The position numbers and the translations under genes are program-made. Below, one piece after another: positions 12,001 through 25,150 of a stretch of DNA of 64,000 nucleotides. The DNA is from Camelus ferus (lineage: Eukaryota). Position 1 is the first letter of the stretch. Each line of letters begins with the position of its first letter. Location of the stretch: assembly GCF_009834535.1 (NCBI RefSeq), contig NC_045697.1, positions 35,218,001-35,282,000 of the forward strand, in the 5' to 3' direction. The notes under the pieces are model-generated. The model did not search any database, was not told where the DNA came from, and worked only from the letters and a program-made list of their open reading frames with translations.

Positions 12001-13139
12001 CAATGCGTCTCCAACCCCTGTTCACCAAGTAACCTTATTTGGTGCAGCTTCTTATGAGGGTCTGTCTGCAGGCATGTACTGATTATACGGACTTCATATA
12101 TTCCAATTCTTATGATGATTATAGTTCTCATCATAAACTAATAAACTGACATTCTGGTTCTTCCATCATTATTATGAGCTTGGGTAATGTTAGTTCAGGC
12201 CTAAGAAATGGATTTACTCCTAGCATGTTGACAACTTTGGTTTTTAGAGCCTATAAGGCTAAGGCTGAGCCCCTCAACTATGATGGCTACAATGGTTGTA
12301 AATCTCACCATTCACGTAATTCATGCTCTTAGGAAATTTCTTAAGGGACCATTGCTGGCCTTTCTGTCATGACAATCCTTTTCTTACCACATGAAACATT
12401 TTGAATTCTACAAAGATCAGGGCTTTTCCTCTATTAGACTCTAACAACAACAACAACAACAAAATGCTAGGTTCCTGTCTGCAAATTGAGCAATTTCTAT
12501 TTTCCATTCGTCCATGCATTCCACAATTATTAACACCAATTATGTGCCAAGCAATGTGCTAGCAAATAACATGGGTGCTGTCTTTGCCCTCAGGCTCCTT
12601 GGAGTGTAGACTAGCTTAGACTCTGAGGCAAGTAAAATTTCTAACAGATTTTGAGAGGAGAATGAGAATGAAGGGAAAAGAGAAGAAGAAAGTGGAAAAG
12701 AGACGTGTAGGCCTTTTCCCACAGAAGAAATGAAGAAAGAGGACGTAGAAAAGAAGATTCTTATTCAAAAATAACCCAGAGGTAGATTTCATGAGGGCTT
12801 ATTGATATATTAATCATGAAAGCAATGCCTTCCATCTCACATCCCACTGGATAAAAAGAAGTACATTGTGACATAAATAACTCGAATCAAGGCAGTCTTG
12901 GCTGAAGAGCAGCTAGCCTCTGCAACAGCCAAAGTAGCAAATGATTATAAACTTTCTGACATGTCCATGGGGTTCACTGCCTCATCAACAATCAATCCAC
13001 AAACATATATAAGATTGTAAATGCAATTGGATTCAACTGATAGATCCATCTGAGCCCTAACACATTTAATTAACCACAACACTGCTAAATTTTTGTCTAT
13101 CCTAGAAGCAAGATTCTCTATAAGCTGTACTTTCCCCCA

Positions 13140-15040
13140 TGGCAGGAACAAGCTTGGCACATTCAAAGAAAAGGAGGAAGTCCAAGTTGCTAAATCGGAG
13201 TGAAGGAGAGGGAGAAACACAGGTGAGGTCAGAGAGGTGGGCCAGGTCATTAGGGCCTTGTAAACATGGGTAAAGACTGGGTTTGTATTCTAAACACAAT
13301 GGGAAACCATTGTAGGGCTTTACTCTGATGAGTGACACTATCTGATTTTTCTGGATTCTATGTAAAGAATGAGTTTTGTGAGGGCAAGAATTGAACCAGA
13401 GAGACTTGTTAGAGGAATACTGCAAAAGACTGGAAGAGAGACTATGTTAACTTAGACTTGAGTGGTCATAATGGAGGTGGTGAGATTTCAGTGAATCCTG
13501 GATGTATTATGATGATAGAGCTGACAGTATATGCTGATGAATTGAATATAAGGGAATTTAGAAAGGAGTCTAGGATGATCCTCAGATCAGTGGGGTGATA
13601 GTTGAGTGCCAAATACTGAGAAGGGGAACACATGGAAAGGAGCAGGTCTGGGGAAGGAAACCAAGAGTTGAAGTTGGAGATAATGAGTCACCATGCAAGT
13701 CATGCAAGGGGAATTATCAAGGAGGAGCTGGGATACGAGTCTGGAGCTCAGGGTTAGGACTGGAGAGATAAACTGGGAGGCTTCAGTGTATAGAGCGTAC
13801 TTAAGGCCATAGGACTAAAGGATCTAGGAAATGGGCATAAATAAGCATAAATAAAGAAAAGGTCAATGACTGAGCCGTGATAAACTCCAATATTTACCAG
13901 TCTTAGAAGCAGTGGTCAGTGAAGCAGGAGAGGCAGGAAGAAGATGTGATCTGAAAGCCAAGTGAAGAAATGTTTAAGGAGAGGATGATCACCAATTCAA
14001 ATGCTATTAAGAGGCCAAGCAAGATAAGAACTGAGACATGACCCCTGGATTTGACAAGTTAGAGGTTATCATCTGATCTTGACAAGTGTAAATGCTGGAA
14101 ATGGAGTGAGCTGAGTTGAAAATATGAGGTGACAAAGTGGAGACATTAATAATAGACAATTTGGAATGGACTACTGCAATAGAAAGGAGTAAGAAAATGT
14201 GATATTAGCTGAGAGAGAAAAGGACACTAGAGAGAATTTATATCCTGTTTGCATGGTGATGGAAATGATCAAGACGAGAAGGAAAAATCATGGATCCAAG
14301 AGAGAGAGGAGCCATTGCTAGAATGAAAGTGTTGATGGGTCAGAAGCACAGGATTAGGTGTGCATGTGGAAATGTTGGCTTCAGATGGTTATGCAGGATA
14401 ACAGAATGGAAGGCAAGGTACATAGGTGCAGATGCTGGCAGACATAGATTTAATGAAGGGAAAAATGAGGTGGCTTTCTTCCCATTCCTTCTATTTTCTC
14501 AGTCAAATGAGAAGAGTGCTCATTATTTAAGACTAAGAAGTGGGTGTTTGAAGATAGAGGGGAAGCTATGAAGTAATTTTCGAGGAAAGCGGAAATGACC
14601 AGGGAAACGTAGCAAGACTACTAAAGAGGGTAAGGCTGACTTGAAATTTATGGGTAAAGATTTTTTGAAGTAAGAGCAGTCAACATGGTTGCATACTGCT
14701 CTCTAGCCATGTTCAACTGCTCAGCGCTGATGTGAAGCAGATAAAGAACTCAGTATAAGACAGGGCTGGGTTTTTCTAGTGAGTAAGATGGAAAGTGAGA
14801 GGGGCAAGGCAGTTGTAGGTGTACGCAATGGAGTGACTGGTTACATAGGTCACAAAAACAAAAAAGACAATAACACAAGAGGAAGAATAGACAGTAAAGA
14901 AGTGGTAGGTCACTAGATTGGCTACTCCAGAAGGGTTGATTAGGGATGGTAGTGGCAGTAGACAGAAAGTTTAGAGATGATTGATCAGATGAGCATGGAA
15001 TGCTGGAAATCAAGATTTTGAGAGGTGATATAGTGATGTG
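13140..15040 (-). mobile_element. Long L2 LINE fragment
   Basis: Purine-rich L2 antisense motifs (ggcaggaacaagcttggcacattcaaag; gagtctggagctcaggg; aattcaaatgctattaagaggccaag). Confidence 0.7.
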
Positions 15041-18000
15041 GTAAGAAGTTCTCTAAGGCATATAACCATGATAGTATTTCCCTTGGATAATTTCTTCCTT
15101 CAGTGTCCAAAGGCATATGCTTTGGCTCCCAGGCATATCGATCAATGACCTAATCAGTTCTACTATAGCCTGCCTATCTTATGAATCCTCCAGGACTGAG
15201 AGGAAAAAGCATCTGTCTAGGAATGACATTGGCCTATCCTAGATCATACCAATGAAAGCTGATGTGATGGAATGGCTCTCTCCCAAAGGACTTAAATCAA
15301 GGCACTAAGGAAAAAAAGCTCATAACTGATGTTCATCAAACTCCTTAAATTCCACAATAAGAAATTTAGCATATATGAAAATAATAACTGTTTAATGTAT
15401 ATTACTTTCTCTTTGACAGTTGTAACCTTACTTCCCAGCAGACTTCAACCACATATTAACATTTACCATTTGTCTGGATATAGCTTAAAAATACAAAGCA
15501 GCTAGTGCTACATAAATTAGGAACAGTTTTGGGAAAAAAACCCAACAACAACAACAAGAGAAAACTTCAGGTGTTTATCCAACAATGAACTGTTTTGGAT
15601 AAATGAAAGGAGGACTAGAGTTCAAAGAAATGAAACTCATGTCTCAACAAGCCAAAAGCTATTAAAAGAGCCTGAGTAACAAGCTTTCACCCCTACCCCA
15701 ACACCTCAACAGAAATTAATGACACAGAGTGATGTTTGAAACAATGGGCGTTTTGTTTTAAAAATCAAGTCCAAGGTGTTAATGCTTACTATTGGAGTTT
15801 GGAATGCCCAGATGGTTGGGCTTCACAACTGATTCAACATGCCTGAGTCTTGTTGGGACGCAACACAAGATTAATGCAGGTGGTCAGAGCAGACAGTCAA
15901 AATTTAAAATACACTGTCGTTATAATGATTTTGAGTAGGTCTTAATGAAAGCTAAACCTAAAAGTATAGTAGAGAGACTGATGAAAAACAAGATTTGGTT
16001 AAAAGGACTTGAACTAAAAAGGTTCCATAAAAGTTTAAAACAGTGTGCTCGAACATTTCCATTTTTACAGCTTCACCTATGTATGTTGTATAGTCATCAC
16101 TCCCCTTGAGAAAAGCCTCTTCTCCAGATTTTTTTCCTCCCCAAGTCTTTTCCCAAAGCTGCTGCCAAAATCAACTTCCTCTGTTGCCATTCTGACAATG
16201 TCACTCCCTTCCTAAAACTCCCTTTAATGGCCTTTGCTGGTCTTTGTGTGAGTGGCAGGCTTCTTGCCCTGCCTTTAGGACAAACACACTATTTCTGCCC
16301 AGATTTATTCAAGGCTCCTACCTATTTTTATAAATCCACGTGTCATCTTCCTCTCCATATAGACTGATTATCTTTCAGTTTCTCAACTTCTTTATGTTTA
16401 GACTGTAAACATTTTAGTTAGTTTTGGTCAGTAAGTGTTCCTCATTTTACCTCAACCTTCCCCTTCACCCGCCCCCCAACACAAATAGACTCCCACTAAA
16501 AATCTCTAGAGCTATGTGCCTTATTCAATTTTTTTCTGAAATTAGATTATTTTTGTTAAGAACTACACAAGTAGTCATCTAAAAATTTTTGTCCACTAAA
16601 AACCAGACAACAGCAAAAATAAAATACTCTTAAAAGATGAAAATAAGGCTGTGGAATTTCCCTAAGAGGCAAAAAGATTTTTCAGAATGAATCACAGGAA
16701 AAAATATTTAATATTTTTATCACAGGCAACTTCTAGGAAAAGGTTCTCCAGATTCTGAAATAACACCAATGCTATGTCCTTTTTCCTTTGTCATCTTTTT
16801 TTTTTTTAACATAAAAGGCCTGAATTCAAGTCCCAGGTTGGTTATTTGCAAATTCTGTTATTTTTGTCATTCAATCTTTTTGAGCCTCAACTTCTTGTTT
16901 GTAAAGTGGAAATAACAATACCTATTTGAGCTTTTCTGAAGATTCAATAGTATTTGTAAAGATGCTTTGTAAAAAGTGCTACACAAATACAAGATATTAT
17001 TATTACTTCCTTCAAATGTTCCCTTTTGACTGAGAACTTTCCCGGGATTTCCCCTTTCCCATGTATTTTTACTTGGAGACAAATCTGGTAGTGGAGTTAT
17101 AAACTTACCTTCTAAATGGGAAACTGTTCTAAATCTTCCAGAGATACTGAATATTGTTGCCAATCATTTCTTCTGTCATTATTGGATTTTATAGGTAACA
17201 GGAGAAACTAATCTCATTTTATTATTATAATTTTTAAAATATAGAAAGTATATACAAGAAAATAAAATTTATCAGTAGTCTCACCACCCAAAAACACAAC
17301 TATTAGAATTTTGGTGGTTTTTTAAAAATATCTTTTCCTAATGCATATGTATAACCTTTATGGAGTGTTTGTCCATGCCAGAGGCTTTCTATGAATTATC
17401 TAATTTATTCTTCACAACAACCTTGTGAGGCAGGTACTATGAGTCTCTTCTACCTTTCAGAGGAACAATCAGTTCAGAGAGATTAACTTGCTGAAAGTTA
17501 CATGAGTTAGGTGGCTGCCTGATGCTGACGTCCCTCTGTGAAAATCTCCACTATTCCAAGTAGGATACTGTGATCCTACTGTGCATGCCACATTCTTCAC
17601 TTGTAAAATAATGGCTATTTTACTGTGCTATTCTTTATTAACTAGAAACATGATTTTTAATAATCTTTGTGGTTTGGATGAGTCATAATTTAATTCATTA
17701 GCCCCCTGTTGTGGGATACTTATGTTATTTCCAATTTTTCACTGAACAGAATTCTGGTTTTCAGTGATACTTAAATATATGCTCAATATCCAAAACTTTT
17801 TTTTAACATAAGGAAATTGATCATAACGTCAAAATCCTCTGTGTACCCTTCTCCAACGAGAAATTCCACCGCTACCTCTTTTTTTTTTTGAGATAACTAC
17901 TCCTAACAGTTTCATACACATTTCCCCAGAACTGTTTTTCTTCTTTTAATGTCATTTAATTTTGTGTTAAAAAAAAGAAAAAGAAAAAAGAAATCATCTG

Positions 18001-18817
18001 GTATGTGTTTTGCAACTTACTTTTTTTGTCTTTGCAGGATTTCATGGACATCTTTCCATGTCAGTCCATGTGTTTATCAGGACCCTTTCTGTGGCAAGAA
18101 TTAGACACCAATTCAAATCAAACTAGATTAAAAAGGGATTTCTTTTTTGCTCATGTGGTTGCAAAGTCCAGAGGCAGATCTATACCTCATGTGCAGCTGG
18201 GTCCAAGTGGTCTAAAGACAGCATCAGGAAACCCTCTCTCACTCCCACTCTGGTCTCTGCCTTTCTCTGCAACGGCTTCCTGCCCAGGCAAGCAACAGCA
18301 GGTTAGCAAGCCCCGTGGAAGGAGTGTGACTCTCTCCCAATACTTTCAGCCAAAATCCCAGAATGGACAATCATCAGCCCCACTTGCATCATGGGTCCAC
18401 ATCTAGAACCAGGGGCAGAATCAACTTCAGCCTCACCACACGAACTAAAAATGAGCAACACTTAGTTTCACAAAGGAACATCAGGGTACTGCTACCAAAA
18501 GAAGGAAGGACACTGGGCAGGTGCAACAATAAATGCTTACTAAGGTATATATAGATCTGTCTCATGATGTGTGATTGATAGTTTATTTTTTAACTTGTCG
18601 ATTGGATCATAATTTGTTCCATAACCAACCTACTAATAAGCAGCTCAGCTATTCTTACCAAACAGTCTAAACCAATGTATTTTATACTTACATTGTCTGA
18701 TTTTTTAAAAAAAGTTTTAAGCATCCTTAGCACTCAAATGATTTCATATTTCCTACATAATATATCACAGCCTTCTTATTCATTTGGCAGTACTTCACAT
18801 GGAAATAAATACACCAT

Positions 18818-19291
18818 GCATTATGGATTGATTTGTGTACCCTTCAAAATATGTGGAAGTCCTAACCCCCAGTACTTCAGAATGTGACCTTATTTGGAAA
18901 TAGGGTCTTTACAGAGGTAATCAAGTTAACAAGAGGTCATAAGGATTGACCCCAACCCAGTATAACTGATGTTCTTACAGAAAGGGGTCATTTGGACAGA
19001 AAGGCAGACACACAGAGGGGGAGACCATGTCGAGACACAGGGAGGAAGCCAGCCATGTGACTAGAGCCATGTGACTTGGCATCTCCAAGCCAAGGAACAC
19101 CAAGGATCGCTGGCAAACACCAGAAGTTTCAAGAGACAAGACAGGATTCTTTTCTGGAGCCATCAGAGGGAGCATGACCCTGCTGACACTCGATTTCAGA
19201 CTTCTAGACTCTAGAACTGTCAAACAATAATTTTTTTATTTTAAACCACCCAAATATTGGTACTGTTATGGTATCCTTAGGAAACTAATAC
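18818..19291. mobile_element. MaLR LTR (MLT1B/C-like)
   Basis: gaagtcctaacccccagtacttcagaatgtgaccttatttggaaatagggtctttacagaggtaatcaagtt...ggaaactaataca. Confidence 0.8.
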
Positions 19292-19329
19292 ATGGCACTC
19301 ACCTTTCCTGAAGGACCCCAAAATGTCAG

Positions 19330-19850
19330 TGAAACGCAAATGAAAACAACGAGATCATTACTTCATGTCTAAAAGGTTGGCAAAAATTAGAAGGCTGGGC
19401 AAAGCCAAGAGTTGATGGGGCTGTGGAAGTATGGGCATCAGAAGTCTCATGAATCCAGGTGGAAGCACAGCGGGGGCAGCCATGCTGGAGAGCAATCTAG
19501 CAGTGCTTAGTCCAACACAGAATATGCATAGCCATTCTCCTCCTGGGTAGCTAAGTTCTAAAGAATTCTCAGGTCCATGAGGGAATGTGTTCAAGGAGGT
19601 TTGTTGTATCACTACTTGTGACGGTGAGAAGCTTGAAGCAGCCTGTATGGCCGTGCCTGGGCAGTGAGTGTGTGCAGAGGCAAAACTGGTGAAATACACA
19701 CCGTAGACTACTGTGCAGTCACCAGAAGCAGCAGATTACATATGCACAAAGCAGCATGGGTGCATTTTAGAAATACGGTCCTGAATTTGAAAACAACAGC
19801 AACAAAACAGAATTTATGTAAACGTGAAATACAAGCACATATGTGTAGCC
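19330..19850 (+). mobile_element. Old L1M fragment (ORF2 3' end/3'UTR)
   Basis: gcaaatgaaaacaacgagatcattacttc..ggttggcaaaaattagaag resembles the L1 ORF2 C-terminal region. Confidence 0.6.
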
Positions 19851-20206
19851 AGGGTTGAGAAGCCACTATATGAATATCCTGAACAGAAAGTCAGGAAAGA
19901 GTATTGTATCAGAAGCCAAAAGAAAGACAACTTCATGTGGGGGGGGGGGTGATTAAAAATATCAAATGCTGCACAAACATAACAATAAGATATGAAAGGA
20001 ATCCAAGTAATTTAGTAACTAGGAGACCATTATTTACCTTTGGAGAAGAGGTTCAGAGGAGAATTGAGGGGTAAAAGACAGTAGTTTGAGGAATGACTGG
20101 GAAACGAGACCCTGGAGATATGGAAGGTAGACGGCGTTTTCCAGAAAAACATAATAGTCCACTTGACAGACAGCCCTGATATCAAGCTATAGTTTTACAT
20201 GACACA

Positions 20207-20721
20207 CTGTGGTGGATTTAAAATACGTTCATAAAACCTGTGATCCTCCTCTCTCAAGAAGTGGAGTTCAATTTCCCCTCCCCTTGGGTGTGGGTCAGAC
20301 TTAGTGCCTCTTTACTGGACTTATTTGCTTCTAACAAATAAATATGGAAGAAGCAGTGGTGATGGCTTCAGATACTAGGTCATAAAAGGCACTGCATCCT
20401 CCTCCTCTTTCTCCCTTGGAGTACTGGCTCTCAGTACCAGTTGCCTGGTCACGAGGACACTGAGCGGAACTGAGGCCCTCGCCAGCGACCAGGGGAGTAA
20501 GCTGCCTTGGAAATGGGGCCTCCAGCACCAAGTGAAGCCTTTAGAAGCTTGTAACCCCAGCCTACATCCCAACCAAAGCTTTAGGAGACACCCTGAGCCA
20601 GAAATACACAGCGAACCCATTCCCAAATTCCTGACCCATAAAAATTGAGACAATAAATGTTTATTGTTTTAAGCTGCTAAGCTTGTGAGTAATTTCTATG
20701 CAATAATGGATAGCTAATACA
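20207..20721. mobile_element. MaLR LTR (MLT1F-like)
   Basis: tgtggtggatttaaaatacg..aagaagtggagttcaatttcccctcccctt..ttttaagctgctaag..gatagctaataca. Confidence 0.75.
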
Positions 20722-21479
20722 TGCAATACACGGATAGTAAACAACTTGAGTCCTTATATGGCTAATACTGTGACTTACTTCAGATAGATCTGAGAAAAAG
20801 ACATATTACATAAGATTTATCAGAAATTTCCCTTGTCTTTCTTATTCAAATTTGTCTTTATATCCATGCATGTTTAGTTTGCAGTTATATTTAGAAGAAA
20901 ATTCTGTCATTTAAATTTAAATGGTGAGCAATGTAATTTTTTTATTACACGGATATGTGGATATAGACATTTTATGCTGGTTTTATAAATTAATGATCTC
21001 TAGAAAAGACAATGTCTCCATCTTCTAAAATTAGAACAAAGAACATTTTATTCATTCAGTTTCATGTCCGGCTTTAGTATTTGTCATTTAAATTCGGGAA
21101 AATGTCTGAAAGAAAGTAATCAATTTTTACTACTTCATTAGAACATTTTCTTTGTCAGCTTCGGGAATGGACTTTATACTTTGTTGATTTTCAACCTTTC
21201 CCTAAATTGCCTGTATAATTTTCTTTCTTCATCTTTTCTCTACTCAGAAAGACTTATTCTTCAGATTTAGTGTACGTTTTAAAAAAATCATTTCAAATTG
21301 TGGCTTTTTTTTTTAAGACCACAGATATACAGAATTAGATTGATTTGACTAATCATACTCTTTAATAGATGGCCCATCTATCACTGTCTCCCTCCTCCCA
21401 TTTAAAAAATTAATTTCAGTCACTGTTAATGCTCCACCCTACCCCTAGTTTCTTCCCCCTGCCCAGATCCCACACCCAA

Positions 21480-21770
21480 AGGTTCTGCTTGAATTAGTTT
21501 GGGCGGCGGTGGGGTGGGGGTGGGGGTCCTGGGCCTCATTACTTTCAAAAATCTGACCAGGTGATTCTAATATGTAGCCAAGTTGAGAACCAGCGGTGTG
21601 GAGGACCCTTGCTACTCAAAGGTGATCCTAAGACCGGCAGCACTGACCTCACCTGAGAACTTGTTACACATACAGAATCTCAGTTCCCACCTCAGACATT
21701 CAATTGGAATCTGCTTTGAAAATAAATTCCCAGGTGATTCGTAAGCATTTTAAAATTTGGGAAGCACTGA
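21480..21770. mobile_element. MER5A/B hAT-Charlie elements
   Basis: caggtgattctaatatgtagccaagttgagaacca; cttgctactcaaagg..cccaggtgattcgtaagcattttaaaatttgggaagcactg. Confidence 0.7.
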
Positions 21771-21774
21771 CTTG

Positions 21775-22000
21775 GAGCATAGGCTAGATTCAAATCCTGC
21801 CTGTATCACTCACTAGCTATGTGACCTTGAATAAGTTACTCTACCTCCCTGTGCCTCAAATCCCTCATTTGTAGAGTGAGGATAATAACAGCACCCACTA
21901 CCTATAGAGTTGTTCTGAGGATTTCATACGGCATTGCTCCACAATGTTTAGAACAGTGCCTGGCTCATAGTAAGTGCACAACAAATATGAGGTACTATCA
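21775..22000 (+). mobile_element. MIR SINE
   Basis: ttcaaatcctgcc..cactagctatgtgaccttgaataagttactctacctccctgtgcctca..gtgcctggctcatagtaagtgc. Confidence 0.85.
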
Positions 22001-22367
22001 GTACTAATTGCCTCTTCTTACCTCTTCTTTCAAGTAATACTTCTTGGACTTTTTTATTCATCATTTAAATCAGTGGCTCCCAGTTGCTTCTTTGGCATGC
22101 TGCAGGCTAACCCCAGCAGAGTCAACTGGGAGCTTTAAAAAACCTATAGATCCCTCAGTCTCATCTCCTGAAGATTCTGAATTGGTAAGATTGGGGAGGG
22201 GCTCCAGAGAATTTGTTTGTTAAATCCTCCTGAGGTGATCTGATGCTCAAAGTCAACAGACTGGGAATCACTGCTTTACATACTGGTGTTGCCCAGCATT
22301 CATCCCACTCATCCACTACTGTACCATCAACTCCATCGATCACTCCAGCCTAGATCTTCTTCTGAGC

Positions 22368-22500
22368 TCCACTACAACCCTCCATTTGGGTATCCTGTAG
22401 ACACTGTAAAATCAGCATGTCCAAAATTGTATCTAACTGTCCACTACAACCCTCCATTTGGGTATCCTGTAGACACTGTAAAATCAGCATGTCCAAAATT
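22368..22500. repeat. Perfect 61-bp direct repeat with 11-bp spacer, inside an L2 fragment
   Basis: Identical copies at 22368-22428 and 22440-22500; spacer gtatctaactg. Confidence 0.95.
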
Positions 22501-23309
22501 CAGCCCTCCATCAAAATTTGCCCCTCCAGTATTCTGTCAGTCAGTGGTTCCACCACCCAACACTGGTGCCCAAAGCCAGAAATCTGGGGGTCATTCTTGT
22601 CCTCTTCTGCTTTAACTGCCCTACTGGTATTATTCCTGAAATCTGTTCTCCTGTCTTTATTACCATTTCAATCATATTAGTTCAGGCTTTCATCTTTTCT
22701 ATTCTGGGCTAAAACAGCTTTAATGAATGTAGCCACTCTCCCTGACTTTAATGTAACCTGTGACCTACGCAGCTGACAGTGATTTTTCTGAAATTCAAAT
22801 CTGATCCTATCTCCATTCCCTTGTTTAAAATCCATCTATGTCTTCCCTACTGCCTTCAAGATAAAATGTAAAATCCTCACCATGACATACGAGGCCCTTC
22901 ATGGTATGGCCTCTATCACCCTTATCACTTTCTCTCTACTACTTCTTCTCCAGCTGTAACTAATATCATTATTTTTTGGATGCCCAAGGCACCCGACTCT
23001 CTCACCTCTTGGTGTATATGCTGCACTTTCCTCCTTGAGCACCCATTCCCTTGTTAGATTCTGTTATCTCTAATAGTGTTTTGAGAATTAAATATGACAT
23101 ATGTAAAATTCTTAGAACAGTGCCTGGCACAAAGTAAATGCTTGACAAATCTCAGCTATTATTATCTCTGCTGGTGAACTTAGCTTTTTAGCAGCAGAGG
23201 CAGTGCTTGTGTTTGATTTTTTTTTTTCAACCTCTGCAGTCTTTATCAATTCCCTGGCTTATGGTATATACTCCTTAATAACTATAAACCTTTTACTTAT
23301 TCTGTTTTT

Positions 23310-25150
23310 TAACAAATATTAGTTGAGGACTTAAGTGCCAGGCACTGTTCTAGGCACTAGGTATACATCAATGAAAAATTAAAATCCTGCCCACATAGTG
23401 CCTACCAAGAGACAGAAAAGGACTAAGTAAAATATAGGTCAGGTGGTAGCAAGCACCATGGAAGTGCAAAACATGGCAGGGAGTAGACGCGGGGATAGGA
23501 AATGCTAGTGAGGAGCAGGGGTTGAGGATGGGGAGAAAGAAGAGACAGGTTGCAATTTTTAAACAAGATGATCAAGAAAGACCCAGTGAGAACATGACAG
23601 CCCAGAAAAGATCTGATGCAGATGAGAGACTGACTTATACAGATATCCTAGAGCACTCAGATACCCAGAGGAGGAAACAATTACAGTGACCCTGAGACCA
23701 CCTGCTTGGCTTGTCTGAGAAAATGCAAAAGCAGTGTTGCTGGAGTGTAGTCAGCAAGGGGAAGAGTAGTAGAATAGGAGGTCCAAAGGGAGGTAGAAAA
23801 AGATGCAGGGTCTTGGAGATACCGAAAGGACTTTGTCATTTACTGGAGAAAGCTGGGAAGCCACTGGAGGCTTCTGATTAGAGGAGTGAACAACTGACTT
23901 GGATTTTAACAAGATCAGTGTGGCTGCTATGTTATGAGTAAACTGAAGTAAGGCAGAGAGAGCAGTAGGGGGACTTGAGCAATAATTTAGGCAAAGATGA
24001 TGGTGACGTGGACCAGTGTGGGAGCAGTAGGTCTAGTGAGAAATGATCAGACTGTGGGGATATGACTTGAAGATTAGGTCAGTAGGATTTACCAAGTGAG
24101 TGTAAGCAGGGTTTGAGACAAAAAAAATTGTCAAGGATAGGATGCTTCCAAGGATTTTAGCCCAATAAATTAGGAAGAGGAATTGCCTTACATGGAGAAG
24201 ATTGAAAATAAGAGGTTAATTTTTTTTCTGTTGTGGAGTTGGAGATCAGAAATTTGATTTGGGATATGTAAAGTTTGAGATGTCTATTAAATAGATAGAT
24301 ACATAGACAGACAGACAGACAGACAGATGAGTCTGGAGTTCCAGAGAGGTTTGTACTGGAAAACTAAATTTGGGAGTTATCAGAACATAGATGTTATTTA
24401 AACCTCGAAGTTGTATGAGATTACCAAGAAAGTGACTACAGAGATGTCCAAAGTCTGAATCCAAGAGCACCCCAAAATTGAGAAGTCAGAAAGAGTAGGA
24501 ACTAGCAAAAGATACTGAGAAAGAGAGGCTAGTAAGATTTTTTAAAAAAAGTAGAAAAGTGGGATATTTTGGAATCAAGTGAAGAAAATGTTTAAGGAGT
24601 GACCAATTGTGTCAAATGCTCTTCTTAGAATAGGTCAAGTAATACAAGGATTGAGAACTGAAAAATCAGTTTAGTAACATGGAGGCCATGGGAACTTTCA
24701 CAAAGGCATTTGCAGTGGAAGAGTAAGGGAAAACACATGCTTGAAGTAGGTCCAAGAGAGACTGGGAGAAGAGGAACTGGAGATAGGAAGTATAGAAAAT
24801 TCTTTCAAGGAGTTTTACCATAAAAGATCAAATTAATAGGGTGTGACGTCAAGAGAAATTGTGGGGATTTTCTTGTTGTTAAAGGTGTGAGAATTACAGC
24901 TTTTTATAAGCCGATGGTAATGTTCCAACAGTGAAGGGAAATCAGCTATGTGGGAGAGAATGAGCAGAACTGCTGAAGGGATGTCCTTGAGTAGATTAGA
25001 GAGGATGGGATCTACCTCACAAGTGTAGGGCTGGTCTTGGACTAGGAGCACAGGTAGAAGACTCACAGGAACAGGGGGAAAGACAGATAATAGGGGCACA
25101 GGTGCAGACAGGCCTGCAGATGTTGTGATAAGAGCCTGTGGCTTCTGATT
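23310..25150 (-). mobile_element. Long L2 LINE fragment
   Basis: aacaaatattagttgagg..gtgccaggcactgttctaggcactagg followed by typical L2 antisense body. Confidence 0.75.

Noticed and set aside
22368..22500. Repeat-spacer-repeat resembling CRISPR
   Set aside because: Only two 61-bp copies, eukaryotic context, no cas genes; it is a local duplication in L2.
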